A DNA stretch of 64,000 nt from an uncultured virus (IMG/VR IMGVR_UViG_3300025000_000001). Its lineage: Duplodnaviria > Heunggongvirae > Uroviricota > Caudoviricetes. Made by a program: the position numbers and the translations under genes. Positions 40,481 through 52,664 of the stretch are shown in pieces. The stretch's first letter is position 1. Every line of letters starts with the position of its first letter. The stretch lies in the IMG/VR virus record IMGVR_UViG_3300025000_000001; one strand, written 5' to 3'. The notes below the pieces were generated by a model. That model searched no databases, was not told the DNA's origin, and worked only from the letters and a program-made list of their open reading frames with translations.

Positions 40481-41185
40481 TTAGCAAGAGTCATGTCTAG
40501 TTCCTTTTTTGAATATGTACAAGTTTTCGTGATCTACCCGTAATTCTCGATTAGCACCAAAACGATTTCGGGGAGTTTCGATTTCAACAGTTTTGATCCA
40601 ATCGAAACCCATATAGATACAAGTTCCTAAATGGAAGTCAGATACATTCTGAATTTTTCCTTTCCGGATATGATCTGAGACATTCAAGAAAAAGTATCCG
40701 TTTGGTTTCAAAACTCTCCAAAGCTCATTCCAGGATTTAATGTGAAAGTTACAATATTTACCTTCATAATTTCCGTCCCATTGAAATTGTCCTGAATTAT
40801 TTGGATGAAGATCGCGGCCAAGCATGTGCTTATACGTGTTTCTTCGACTGCCATCTTTGGCGTTATGATGATCAGACATGCGATTCCCATAGCAACAGCT
40901 TGTTATCGCAAAGTCAAAAAAGCCATCACTGAATCTCAGACGCAAAGCGTCACCCAAAACTTTAACACAATCATCTGGGCATTGTTCCAACCATTCTAAC
41001 TCGATTTCGTTTAGCCATAAGTTTTCGTGGGGGATTACGTTTGCTAATTTTCCCACACCGGCAAAAGGGTCTAAAACACATGCTTCTGGAAACCAGAGAG
41101 GTTCAATTTGTCTCTGAATTTCCGCCAATATTGAGTCTGTAAATTTAGCAGGATGTTTTACTTTTTTATCTTCGATAGAATTCAC
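40481..41185 (-). CDS. DNA methyltransferase (SAM motif N-terminal; motif IV variant TSCCY)
   Basis: HPAKF, LDPFAGVG, EIE, GDA, AITSCCYGN and RVLKPNG. Confidence 0.8.
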   Translation of the reverse strand: MNSIEDKKVKHPAKFTDSILAEIQRQIEPLWFPEACVLDPFAGVGKLANVIPHENLWLNEIELEWLEQCPDDCVKVLGDALRLRFSDGFFDFAITSCCYGNRMSDHHNAKDGSRRNTYKHMLGRDLHPNNSGQFQWDGNYEGKYCNFHIKSWNELWRVLKPNGYFFLNVSDHIRKGKIQNVSDFHLGTCIYMGFDWIKTVEIETPRNRFGANRELRVDHENLYIFKKGTRHDSC

Positions 41186-41187
41186 GA

Positions 41188-41535
41188 CTATCTCCGTAAA
41201 AGAGTGACCTTATCTTCCACGCCGAGGTCGCTTAGACTGAACGAAAACCCTCGTGTGTTTGACCAAATTTTCGGAAATAAATAGTGCAAAACCATGTCTA
41301 AATCATCGAAATAGAATCGAGTTCCATCAGAAACTTCTACTTCCCGAAGATTCTCTAATGAAATACAATTGATTTCCATATCAAAATCTCTCAACGCAAT
41401 CCGTTTGTGTACGTCTGCTGATTTTTCTGAATAACACACAAGAGTGGTCGAAATACCGTTTTTAGCATCGTCTTGCAGGAGAGACAGTAATTTATAAGTT
41501 TTTCCGGTTGATCTATCGCCTAAAATGATGTTCAT
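41188..41535 (-). CDS. Small P-loop NTPase-like protein
   Basis: Walker A GDRSTGKT; Walker B-like FYFDDLD. Confidence 0.55.
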   Translation of the reverse strand: MNIILGDRSTGKTYKLLSLLQDDAKNGISTTLVCYSEKSADVHKRIALRDFDMEINCISLENLREVEVSDGTRFYFDDLDMVLHYLFPKIWSNTRGFSFSLSDLGVEDKVTLLRR

Positions 41536-43009
41536 TTCAATTACAATCCTTTTACTAAAATTCTTCTCGTATTTTTTGAATTACTTTAATTATACCATAC
41601 ACTAATACTAAAGTCAAAAACAGCATTAATGCAACCACCATAATAAATAAAATTACGTTCGCAACATATATCATCAAAGAAAGAATCGACATCATAAGTT
41701 CCTTTTATTTTTACTATTTGAGTATTTTAACAAACTATGATTTCCCGACGAATATCTTAAAAACCGCATTCTGCCAATCGGTTTCCAATTTTGGGAACTC
41801 TGTATTTAACGCTTCCGCAACTTTAATCCAAAAATACGAAACAAGTTCGGGAGAAGATTTCTCTACTGATACGCGAACATGTTCCAGCGTTGACACCATT
41901 TCCCGATGTTCGTCTCTTGGAAATTTCTCCAACATTTGGGTAATAACGTCATATAAACATCTCATAGTTTTCGCCTTTCATAAATTTCATCTTTTATTTC
42001 TTGATAGATTTTCCGGCATCAGAACCAATCCAAATACTACCAGCCGGTTTTACAACTTCCTCGTTGAAATCACAAAAAATATTGACGGCACACTTTGGAC
42101 ACACAACGGTCGTCTTAGAAAACATTGTCGTTGGAGGTGAGAATGTATTCCCGCAATCACAGGTTATCCGCCATTTATTTGTTCTTCCGTCAATGGACAA
42201 TCCTAAATAATCAAGTTTCATTTTTTCGACTCTAAATTGTTCTTTACCCAATTTGTAAAATAAGGAGCAACTCCCCTAACAGCCATCTGTTCTGATAGCT
42301 CAATAAACTCCTCTCGCCAGTGCCAAGCAAGCATTTTCCAACCTCGTACTTCCTTTTTGATCATTGCGTAGCACGTGAAAAATCCAGCAAAGAAAGACCA
42401 GATCGCCAGCAATCCAAGTGTCAAAATATATGTTTCCATAATTTTACCTATACACCTTTTGCGCTTGATCTCGATATTCTTCTCGAACTCTCCGAAGAAC
42501 ATTATCATCCGTCAAACCATGACTAGAAAAATTCCGCCTATAAACCGTGTATGTTTGATTAGCTTCTAAGATTTTCAGCCAACCAACCTCAACCATTAGA
42601 TTCAACGTTTCGTCAAGTTCTTCGATTGGGAGGTTCTTTCCTACCTCTGGGCGATTTAGAATGTGCCTTTGAAGCATATTGCTTGTAAGATAATCATGCT
42701 TATCTAAACATTGACCAGCAAATAAGAAAACGTTATGTTTAAGCACTATTGCCTCGCACAGCAAGAGCAAACAGGATCGCCACCCAGATAGTTGCAAGTC
42801 GTAAGATTGACCTTTACTCGCCTACAAATCGAGCATTTTACAACAAACACATCATCTGATTCGAGCATTGGTTGCAAATCCCCAATATTAGTCAGTCCAA
42901 AAAACTTTACTGCATCACGTTCTAAAGTATTTTTTCGCATAGTAGTATCTCCTTTTCTTTAGAGTTTTATTGGGGCACAGGGTAAACGCCCCATACCCCA
43001 TTGTTGAAA

Positions 43010-44041
43010 TTAGCGACCTAAATTTACTTCGGCGTATTCTGCGAGAACATTGTAAGCCCGTTCTGCAATTTTTGCACGATTACCAAAGAGAATTGAATTC
43101 TCAATGGGCTTTTTTACGACGCCAGAATGTGTCGTCATTTCAGTTATAGAATTCATCAGCCCCCAAACATTGGGTCTGATATCAGTTCCGGCAGAAGAAA
43201 ATAAGTAATAAGCCAAATCTCGGTTTTTTGTTGCTTCCGCAATCTTTTCGTCTCGCTTGACAACTTGCTCTGCCTTGATGACTTCGGGCTGAAAATCCTG
43301 AACGTTTTCTGGATTTGGAAAAATATTGAAAAGCAAGCTGTAAACTTCTTCTTTTGATTGCAGAGCGACCTTAGCCATGTTGTTGAACGTTGCAGAAACA
43401 TCCGACAATTTATCGTTTGCTTTTTGCTGGATGTGAGCCATCCACAGTGCGAGATCGCGTTCGGCAGTTTTTGAATTATGCTTAGACATCATCAAGCGAC
43501 GATTGGTTTTAGAATTGTCTGCTTCTGCACGTTGAACGGCCAACACCAGAGTATTAAGACATACGACGCGTTTTGAAACAAAATAGAGAGAGTTTCCCAA
43601 GACCCCATCGTAGCCTGCGCGAAGCAGGCCATATGTTCGCACAACATCATAATTGTCAACGGTAATTGGGTCTAAGACCCAGGTAACAAATAATTGGCCT
43701 CCATCATCAAGGATGCCGAGAGTTTCAACCGGAGCGCCGCAATGTTCATCGTAGATGCGAGCTATGTCAATCGGTTGAATAACCTTGTAATCCTTCCCGA
43801 CAGTTCCTAGATTTCGTTCTTTGGGATCGGTGGGAACTGGCGACCTCACAACGAAGCGATCACCGATTGCCGCCATTTCGCCGTTGAGTTCACCGAATAA
43901 GTTACGAACTTCGACACTATAAGTTCCCATCTCCTCCATAGTTTCAACCGCTGTGCGCGGACGAAGATTGCAGATACCTTTTTTGTGCCATTCGGCAGTT
44001 TCAGACCGACTATAGAACATATTCCCAAGAATTGAATCCAT
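43010..44041 (-). CDS. DUF932-family phage/plasmid protein
   Basis: AEWH..G, LGTVGKDY.VIQ, ETLG.L..G, RVVCLNT and WGLMNSITE. Confidence 0.85.
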   Translation of the reverse strand: MDSILGNMFYSRSETAEWHKKGICNLRPRTAVETMEEMGTYSVEVRNLFGELNGEMAAIGDRFVVRSPVPTDPKERNLGTVGKDYKVIQPIDIARIYDEHCGAPVETLGILDDGGQLFVTWVLDPITVDNYDVVRTYGLLRAGYDGVLGNSLYFVSKRVVCLNTLVLAVQRAEADNSKTNRRLMMSKHNSKTAERDLALWMAHIQQKANDKLSDVSATFNNMAKVALQSKEEVYSLLFNIFPNPENVQDFQPEVIKAEQVVKRDEKIAEATKNRDLAYYLFSSAGTDIRPNVWGLMNSITEMTTHSGVVKKPIENSILFGNRAKIAERAYNVLAEYAEVNLGR

Positions 44042-45934
44042 TTGTTTTTCCTTTCTAAATTTGTTTTATCTAACTTGATAATCAAATTATACTACCAAAC
44101 TATTATCTTGTCAAGGGGGAAATCTATTATCAATCTTCCAAAATGGTCTTATTTTTAGCCAGTATTTTTTCATAAGACTAAGTTTGATCTGATGTATCTT
44201 ATTTCTCAGTGTAAAGAATCTAAGGTCATCATTATCGGAATATCCCCAAACACTAGAAAAAATACCAATTCTTTCTGCATAAGCACCATAACTTTCATAG
44301 TAATCATAGCAGCGATTTATCAAGCAATGTTCGTATTGTTCTTCTGTGTATGCGCCACCCTCGCCCAAGTAAACAGTCAAATCAGTTTCACCACCACAAA
44401 TGGGGCAGCAGCCTTTTAGTTTCATTCTTCATCTCCAGGGCATTCTAAGCAAGATAAAACGTATCTTTCGTGTGCTTTAGTATCCCAAGTTTCTTTTTCG
44501 AAATCAAACCAACCATTTACAAAAGCGGCTTCAACAGGATCGGCCATTCCGCAAACTTTACAAATATTCCCAGGCCAATCCCAAGTCCATTTATGAGCCA
44601 TTTTTAGAGTCTTATTATAGGGTTTCGCCGTTTTCTTCATTATTATTCCTCTCATTTCTCCTCTTCGATTTCCTTACTAATTTTTGAGTAAGCAGCAACT
44701 CCATGATTCTGTAGTGTTTCCGCAATTGCAGAAAGATTTTTTTCAAGGAAATCAATTTGTTCGTCTTTTTGCTTAATGAGCACCAATAGATACAAAATAT
44801 AAGAAAACCAACCCAAAATTAAGGCGATAATTCCAAAAATTAAAACATCCATTTTTACACATCCTTAAAGTCTTTTTCTGAAGCACGATCAAAAATAATT
44901 TGATGATCAGGAAACATCCCTAAAAGATAATCACATAGGGAATGAATATTTTTATCTCTTGTAAAATATCTTCCGTTGCCGGAAGGAAAGAAGGCAACAT
45001 AATCCTCAGAAAATTCTCTTTTTTCAATCCATATTTCTAGTTTCATTTTACCCATCCTCACGCAAGACCCATTCCAGGTTAAAAATTATTGCTTCTAATT
45101 TATGTACTAATTCCGTATAATTATCGTGTGGACGTTTATGATAAAATTCAACAGCGCGCTTCAGGTCTTCAATTCTATTTTCAATATCTCGTTTAGTTTT
45201 CATTTATTCATTTCCTAGCACCCAATTCAAAGCTAAAATCATGGCAGATAACTTTAAGATTTCTTCATCATTCTTAACAGATGGAGGATTTCCAATCTTT
45301 ACAGCAATAGCAAATCCGAGATCGCCCAACTTGGCTAAAATCTCATCTTCGGTTTTCATTTTCTTTAACCTTCAAACATCATTGATAAGAAAATTGTCGC
45401 TTTCGACATACTCAGAATCCTCTCGATAAAGCCAAATTGGATTATCCGAATACATCCTTCCGCTTATTTCCAAAACATATTCATAGATCGGAACACCCCA
45501 ATCCCATCTGGTATTTCCGGTTCTATGAAATTTTATAAATTGCTTAGTCATAAAACCTCACTTTTACCACGCCATTTCATAATTGAATAAATGTCAATAA
45601 AGAAATTCTTATTAACGTGTCTTTGGAAAAATCCATTAATTCTTCCGATAAGCCACCAGACTTCGAATTGAAAGTTTTTGTATTTTAGTTTTTTAACGTG
45701 ATAATCACGTAAGATTTCTTTCCGCTCAACCAACCTTTCGATTGCGCTCATATACGGATGGGAAAGAGAATATTTACTTCTCTCGGAATCTTCTCTCCAA
45801 GAAGGTAGCGTTTCCCAGTCCATCGGTTTCTCAACAGGAAAATCATTGGGCCATTTCCAATGATTGAACACGTCCCACCACTCTATCAATTTTTCTTCGG
45901 AAAAATCTTTCAACTGAATCATGTTTTACTCCTC

Positions 45935-46405
45935 CTACTTTACAGGCCAATAATAAGGTAAAGTTACACCTTGTTTAGTAACTTTAATTGGAACAGCCGG
46001 TTTTTCAGTCCAGCCGAATTCAGAATACCAATCATAGTCTTTATACAGTAAAGATGAACGATGAGAAGAGTGAAAGCGATAGTCACCTAGCCAGAGTGGA
46101 TAATTCTTGTTTCCTCGATAAGAATTTACACCATATTCGATATAATACTCAAGAAACTTTGGATGCAGAGTGTCTTTATAACCCCTGCGAACCCATTCTT
46201 GACACATATCCATTCCGTATTGAGCTAGAGCCAAATCAAAACCTTCCCACATTTTGAAAGCGGGGTGGTTACGCCAGCCCTTTTGTTCGGGTTTCCCCAT
46301 CAAGAGAAGCAATTGATAAGCCTCTACTCGTTGCTTTCCTAATCGTCTCATGTCTAAACATTGTGCTGATCGGATGAAACTTTCATATGGTAAAAATGTT
46401 TGCAT
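45935..46405 (-). CDS. MSMEG_6728-family protein (pyrimidine dimer DNA glycosylase / DenV-like)
   Basis: MQTFLPY, LD.RRLGKQRVE, W.NHPA..MW, EW..RGY.D, H.SHRS.LL.KD and YYWP. Confidence 0.88.
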   Translation of the reverse strand: MQTFLPYESFIRSAQCLDMRRLGKQRVEAYQLLLLMGKPEQKGWRNHPAFKMWEGFDLALAQYGMDMCQEWVRRGYKDTLHPKFLEYYIEYGVNSYRGNKNYPLWLGDYRFHSSHRSSLLYKDYDWYSEFGWTEKPAVPIKVTKQGVTLPYYWPVK

Positions 46406-46491
46406 AATCTTTTTCCTTTCTATACGATTATACACCCGATAGATTATTTTGTCAAGGCTTTTTGGTTCCACTATCAGGTCAACCAACAAAC

Positions 46492-46947
46492 CTATTCATC
46501 AAAAACTTCTCGAAGATTTTCATAATCCCAGAAATAAAATTCTTCCGTATAACTGTGAATATTCTTGGAAAGATAAGTAAGCGATTGATAAAAAATTCTG
46601 TGACCATTTTCTGTATCAACTACGAAAAATAGATATACAGGCATCTTACTAATTTTGCCAACCCTGCGATAACTTTTGAAATAACTTATCTCGATTCCAA
46701 GAGTATAATTTCCATTAAATTCTCCAAAGGTAGACTTGTGCTTGACCTCAACCCAACTGGTTATTTCATCGGTTTTGAATACTATGAAATCTGGCGCAGG
46801 ATAATTCTTTCCATTTTTTCGATAAACTTTTTGTCCGACTCCTGGTCGGGGAACAATTGGAATTACAGACCATCCGTCGTTTAGAAGATACTCTTCAACA
46901 ATATCTTCCCCAATTCTCCCAAAATCCAACCGATTATTGAATGTCAT
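46492..46947 (-). CDS. PD-(D/E)XK restriction-endonuclease-like protein (paralog 3)
   Basis: FGRIGE, APDFIV, WVEVKHK, MPVYLFF. Confidence 0.75.
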   Translation of the reverse strand: MTFNNRLDFGRIGEDIVEEYLLNDGWSVIPIVPRPGVGQKVYRKNGKNYPAPDFIVFKTDEITSWVEVKHKSTFGEFNGNYTLGIEISYFKSYRRVGKISKMPVYLFFVVDTENGHRIFYQSLTYLSKNIHSYTEEFYFWDYENLREVFDE

Positions 46948-49113
46948 AACCTCGCCATCCATCCGTATTTTTTGAAGAATCGCTTGAACCTGGGAATATT
47001 GTCACCCCTGTAAAAAATAATAGTCCTATCCAGCTTATCTGCATCCAACTCTTTTCCTACATATTTAACGCAAAACAGCATGGCTGAAAAGGATGATAAT
47101 AACTTAGGCAGTCGGGCATCAGACAAACAGGAATTATTCAAGATGAGAATCTCATCTTTGTCAGGGGAAAATCCTTTTTTCTCAACATTTTTAGAAACAA
47201 ATTCATCTGTAATTTCTGGAAGGAATGTAAACTTTCCTAAGACTTTCAAGTCTTCATTTTCGCCAAAAACATCAATAAAAGATTCATACAACGTGTGCTT
47301 CACCGAATTCAATTCATCTTCTGGTTCCATGTTTTCTCCTTCATAAAATAAACCTTTTCTCAACACTTCTTCTTAACTTCTTTTAGTAATTTTATTGCAT
47401 AATCTAATGCGTTTTCAATCGCATCTTCTCTGGAGGTAACATCAGTTACAGGAAAAGTCATAGATGACTCTTCGTCAAAAGAATGTTTTCGATGTACCTC
47501 AACGTCTATACCCTTTTCTCCACCTTCATTTCCAGTATCAGAAGAAAAATCTCGAAGGCGAATTGTAATTATGTCTCTAAAACTAGGTCTAATTGGATCA
47601 GCCATTTTTCGTAATTTGTCACCTTTCTATAAAAATTGACGATTAACGATTATCAAATAGTTCTTTTATTTAGTCGGTAATCTTGTCTAATACCCAGAAC
47701 AAAAACACGCAAGGCCCAGGAAGAACCATCGCAATATAAACAAAGAGGGGTAGAGTCCCAAAAGACTCACCAATCATTACTGCGATAACGAAAAAGAGTA
47801 AGAAGAACAGAAGACCACCGGCGATACAAAGATATAGTTTTACCCATTTATTGATTTTCATTTCTTGGCCGCCATCACATAAGAAGAGATAAGAATAAGC
47901 AACCAAACAATCACAGAAAGACACCCGCCAACAAAAGATTCAAAAATAGAACACCCCGAATTTAAAACCATTTCATACACATATCGAAACACAAGGAGAG
48001 AAGAAAGAACTGAAAGAGAGAAGGTAAAAAATAATTCCATTTTTAATTTTCCTTTTTAGAACTATTATTAAACTCATCGAACATTTCGAATAGTTCAGCA
48101 AAGTTTACTACTCGAATATTATCACCATTGGTCATTGCCTTGATCATAAGGCAATTTTTACTTTCACAGAATTTTAGAAATTCTACCAAGAAGTCAAACA
48201 CGATTTCTTTTCTACGTTCAATATAATTCATTTAGTTTCAGCCTTTTCAAAAATTTCTAATGCCACATCGAAATCAGTTCCAGCATATACAATCTTGAAA
48301 TTACTACCAGCAAGATTGATTACCTTCCAAATGCGAGAACCTTTTTCCCAATATAAACGATGAGTTATACCGGATATATAAACATAAGTATCATCGCTTT
48401 GTAAAAGTCGAATAAGATTATTCTTCATCCAAACCTCCGTTTTCGACATATTCTAAAATTGCATCAGTCATATTTTTACCCTTATAAACAAGATTATAAC
48501 TCGCGCTGATATCCGAGAACTCATTTTCAATATAAATTCTTTCAACAACTCGATAGATTCCTTCGGAACAAACGGACAGAGAAATTCTACCGTTGGCAAT
48601 AGTTCGCGGGCCTTCCGCAGACTTAAACCATTCTAAATTACTTTTTGCAGATATTGATATCATTTCAGTTTTTCCAAATCACGAATTATTTTTAGAATGC
48701 TGGATATTTCTTCTTGCATAGTATCGTTCTGAGAATTCAACTCTTTGACAAGCGGGTCGTTTTCATCCATATCTTTCATTGCTTCTCTGATAATTGGTAT
48801 AAGGCGCTTTTTCGCTTGCCTGTAAGTCTCTTTACTGTTTTCATTTTCTTCTGGGTAATTCACTTTTTATTTCCTTAAACTTTCCTTAGTTCTTACTTGC
48901 GATTTATAAGAACTTTGGACATGATAACGGCCAGCATATATAGAACGACGCGTTCAAATGACGGACTTTCAGGATATGCAAGAATATAAAAACTAGTTAA
49001 AATCAAACCACTCAGAGCAGCAAACGTATTTTCGAATTTCATTTTTATTATCTCCTTTTCTTATCTACAAGTATTTTATCATGTTTCTTTCTATCTGTCA
49101 AGGGGTAAAAACA

Positions 49114-49142
49114 TAAAATCCCCGTTTTAGGCGGGGATTTTA
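49114..49142. terminator. Intrinsic terminator hairpin
   Basis: TAAAATCCCCG-loop-CGGGGATTTTA after the 49152 stop codon. Confidence 0.75.
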
Positions 49143-49151
49143 ATAGAATAT

Positions 49152-50276
49152 TTAGTTTCCTTGTAAACCGTTTTTGAGCATCCATTCTTTTCGTACTTTG
49201 GAAACATAGCCCTTTTTGCTTTTTACATACTCGGAAACAAATTCATTGTTTCTATATTTCTTTGGCAACTCTGCAAGAGCCATGCTTTTGCAGATGTGGG
49301 TAACACCTGGAATTTGATTTGTTTCTTGATATATGGTATTAATTGTTTCTAAAATAAATTCTTTGCTCGCAGAGTTGGAAATAGCCCTAGAAACTTCCTC
49401 TGGCAACTCGGAAACATTGTTCTCTTGTTCTACCGAAGTTCGTCCATCTTGTTTCCTAAACTGAGTAGAGGACTTGTGGGAATAGTCTGGAACCTCATCT
49501 GTTTCAACAGCGAAAGAAGGAGTTTGAGCGAAGGAAGTATTTCCAAAATTACTCTTTTCCCAATTTACATATTGCATTTTCCAGTTTCCAAATTGTTGTC
49601 TAGCAATTTTCAACCAATCTTTATATTCTACTTCGTATCTTTGATCTTCTCGTTTAGTTTCCTTGTCTAGTTCAAAGTGATACGATTCTTTTTTCATTTC
49701 ATAAGTCACCATCTCAACTCCCGCCATATCGCCGGAAACCCATTCTAGGGCGGTAATCAAAGCTAAGGAAACCGCCAGCACCCAATCAATAGCTAAAGTT
49801 GTAGATTGTAAAAGTTCGCCAGCACCAGAATTCATCAAGCCATTAAAGGATTGCCCGAAACCGGCAACCAAGCTAATTGCGGCAGCAACAAAAACCCCAA
49901 TGGTCAAAGATTGCTGAGAAACCTTTCGTTTGACATAGGCTGAAGTAAAAGCAAGAGCAACCAATCCAATGTTTACCGCTCCCAAAGCAAAAATAGATTC
50001 AATGGTTGCAAATTGGGGGCTTGCTCCGCTATTTACGGCAACCCGATAAATAATGTCATAAACTCGCATTCCACTAGCGCCAACGGCGCAAATACCAGCA
50101 CTAATTGCCAGCCAAAACTTCAAAGACAATTGGGGATGTCTTGTAAAAACATCCTTCTTTTCTGGGGGAGGATTCCTGGTTGAATAATCTTGCAGATAAG
50201 CATCAAACTCATAATCCCTTTGATCGAGATATGAGTTTAATCTACGCTTTTTTTCATCGTGATTAATTTCCGCCAT
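49152..50276 (-). CDS. Multi-pass membrane protein with coiled-coil and soluble C-terminal domain
   Basis: About four TM segments; AGGAG RBS before ATG at 50276. Confidence 0.7.
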   Translation of the reverse strand: MAEINHDEKKRRLNSYLDQRDYEFDAYLQDYSTRNPPPEKKDVFTRHPQLSLKFWLAISAGICAVGASGMRVYDIIYRVAVNSGASPQFATIESIFALGAVNIGLVALAFTSAYVKRKVSQQSLTIGVFVAAAISLVAGFGQSFNGLMNSGAGELLQSTTLAIDWVLAVSLALITALEWVSGDMAGVEMVTYEMKKESYHFELDKETKREDQRYEVEYKDWLKIARQQFGNWKMQYVNWEKSNFGNTSFAQTPSFAVETDEVPDYSHKSSTQFRKQDGRTSVEQENNVSELPEEVSRAISNSASKEFILETINTIYQETNQIPGVTHICKSMALAELPKKYRNNEFVSEYVKSKKGYVSKVRKEWMLKNGLQGN

Positions 50277-50349
50277 TATTTCATTCTCCTGTAAACACAA
50301 CTCTCTTGACAGAATTTCCGCCAAGAGAGTATTTGAATTTTAGATAATC

Positions 50350-50856
50350 CTAGTCGGTGATTGTCCCGTAGGATTCGGTATAGTCCTGGGGAGAATTTGC
50401 ACTCGTTACCTCCCGTCCAAAATCTTTGGTAAACGCCGGTTGATTGGTTTCTTTTTTGTTTCCCTTAGAAACAAAAATCAAAGCTGTCACTCCAACAATA
50501 ATCAGACCGATCCCCCAAACGAGAGCGACCATAAAACCAGCAGTCATGGTCTGAGCCGCATCTCCAGATTTGGCAACTTCAACAATCGCAGTATATCCGG
50601 CAATACTTACTTCGGCCACCGTCTCATTGCCGTTGTTGGCAACGTCTGCTACGGTGTCTAGTGCCCGATTTTCAAAGTCTTGCTCAACGGCGACTTCGCC
50701 GTCAATTTTTGCAAGTTGAACGGCAAGATCGTTATCAAGAACCGCCTGGGTTGCAGCCAGAGCCATCTCTGTCTGACTGTCTAGTTGCACCATCATGTTG
50801 ATCCCAAAAAAAATCAATCCGCCTAAAACTAATAATGCCAATAATCTCCAAAACAT
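50350..50856 (-). CDS. Two-TM Ala/Val-rich membrane protein
   Basis: AGGAGG RBS before ATG at 50856; N- and C-terminal TM helices. Confidence 0.7.
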   Translation of the reverse strand: MFWRLLALLVLGGLIFFGINMMVQLDSQTEMALAATQAVLDNDLAVQLAKIDGEVAVEQDFENRALDTVADVANNGNETVAEVSIAGYTAIVEVAKSGDAAQTMTAGFMVALVWGIGLIIVGVTALIFVSKGNKKETNQPAFTKDFGREVTSANSPQDYTESYGTITD

Positions 50857-50857
50857 C

Positions 50858-51019
50858 CTATTCCTCCTTGACTTCGGTTTTCTTTGCAGTTTGGTTCTTG
50901 CGCCACTGTTCGGCATCAACAGCAGCCCAATACCCAAGCCCCTTGTCGCCACTATTCAGGCGACGGCGAATAACTTCCGCCTGCTCACGAACTGGATACG
51001 AACGAATTGCCTTTGTCAT
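50858..51019 (-). CDS. 53-aa hypothetical protein (below the ORF-track cutoff)
   Basis: AAGGAG RBS; MTKAIRSYPVREQAEVIRRR...VKEE-stop; promoter upstream. Confidence 0.6.
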   Translation of the reverse strand: MTKAIRSYPVREQAEVIRRRLNSGDKGLGYWAAVDAEQWRKNQTAKKTEVKEE

Positions 51020-51391
51020 CTGATTTCTCCTTTTCAAAATTTATCGAAACTTCATAGATTCTAACACAGATATTCCAATCTGTCAAGTAAATAAAAGGCC
51101 AATTTTAGAATTACAGATTGGGGTTATTGACCGTTAAGATGCCTTCTATTTCAGCCATAAGCCATTCAATATCATACCGATGATCTGGGGTGACAGCATA
51201 CCAAGTTTTAGCGCATTGAGCAACTGATACAACCCCATTCACGGAGCGAATAATATCAATCACATTGCCGTCAGCCCACACATAAAGTAGATTGTCAATC
51301 AATTCGCCAGTCACAGAGTTGTAAGCAAATTCTACTAAAATTTCTTGTTTCTTTCCATTATTCATTTTCTTTTTCCTTTATAAAAGAGTTA

Positions 51392-51952
51392 TTATATATA
51401 TTTTTCAATTTTGAACGGATATTGATTTAGAGTTTCAAAATCTTTTATGTGAAATTCTATTGCCGGTTTCCCGCTAAACTTTACAATATTTCTATCGCCT
51501 GAAATTTTATTTAACACAAGAACATCTTGGTAATGAATGTTGTATAATCCGTCTTCTTGCGGCATTACTAGAAAAACAAGCGTTGTAAATTTAGTCTTTT
51601 TGGCAACAGATACATAGCCATTGAAATTCTGGCGATTAATTTTTATTAGGTTGAGAGGATAATTGAACCCTTTGGATTCTCCCCATCGAAATTCACCTTG
51701 TGGATTTTTGTAAAAAAGAATGTCTGGCATTGCCGCTCGAATTATTTTTCCATCGTGATCAGTGAATTTAAGAAGCGGCCCATGAACATCTTCTACTGGT
51801 GCAATATATTCACAGCGAGAATATTCCTCTATCATATCGGCGTTCAGGGTTTCTCTGTTCCTGTCGCCAGCAGCAAATCTATATCCGAAATGTTTCTCTA
51901 AAAAATTAATCAAAACCTCCTGCATCATATCGCCAAAATCATTGCTGTTCAT
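51392..51952 (-). CDS. PD-(D/E)XK restriction-endonuclease-like protein (paralog 4)
   Basis: DFGD..Q, MPDILF, WGESKG. Confidence 0.65.
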   Translation of the reverse strand: MNSNDFGDMMQEVLINFLEKHFGYRFAAGDRNRETLNADMIEEYSRCEYIAPVEDVHGPLLKFTDHDGKIIRAAMPDILFYKNPQGEFRWGESKGFNYPLNLIKINRQNFNGYVSVAKKTKFTTLVFLVMPQEDGLYNIHYQDVLVLNKISGDRNIVKFSGKPAIEFHIKDFETLNQYPFKIEKYI

Positions 51953-52664
51953 GCGATAAAATCCTTGACCGACTCCTCTTGAAGTTTCAAGCGCAATGTC
52001 TCTACATCAACTTCTTTAGAAAGTCTTTCGGTAACTTCGATTTCTTTCTGATAAACATTCCAAACAAGTTCATCAAACGTAATCCAAGTGAAATCATCTT
52101 TATGAGAAAATTCTACGCATTCAAAGTCACTAATCATTCCAGTAAAAGCAATTTTTTGTTTTGGGGTATCGTTTGATTGCCAGGAAAAATATTTCTTTTT
52201 GACAACATCTTTCTTGTTGCTGTACTTTTCAATCAGAGAATGAACCTGGATGTATTGCTGAGTAATCTTAGTCCATTCATCCTTTTCACTAGAAAGCCCA
52301 AAGAGATTTGAAACAGTCATTAGAGCATCATAGATTTCAGATTTGTTCATAAAGCCTCCTTATTTGACATACCCAAGTATACCGCGAAAGTTCATTTCTG
52401 TCAAGAGCCAATATTCACTAAATGCTAAATTTTATTCATACCACTTGCTAAAAATTTCGTTGGGAATATACTCTACTTGTTTCTGTGTGTGATTGTTTTT
52501 AGAAACTCGATAGAATGACACTGATGGGGAAGTTTCCAATAAGTTGCAAAGAAAATAATAGCAACCCTTGTCACTGTTTTCCGGCAAATATATCTCGTAA
52601 TTTCCGCCATAAATCGTAAATGTGCTAAACTTAAGCATTCTTCTAAAACTCCTCTTTTATGATC

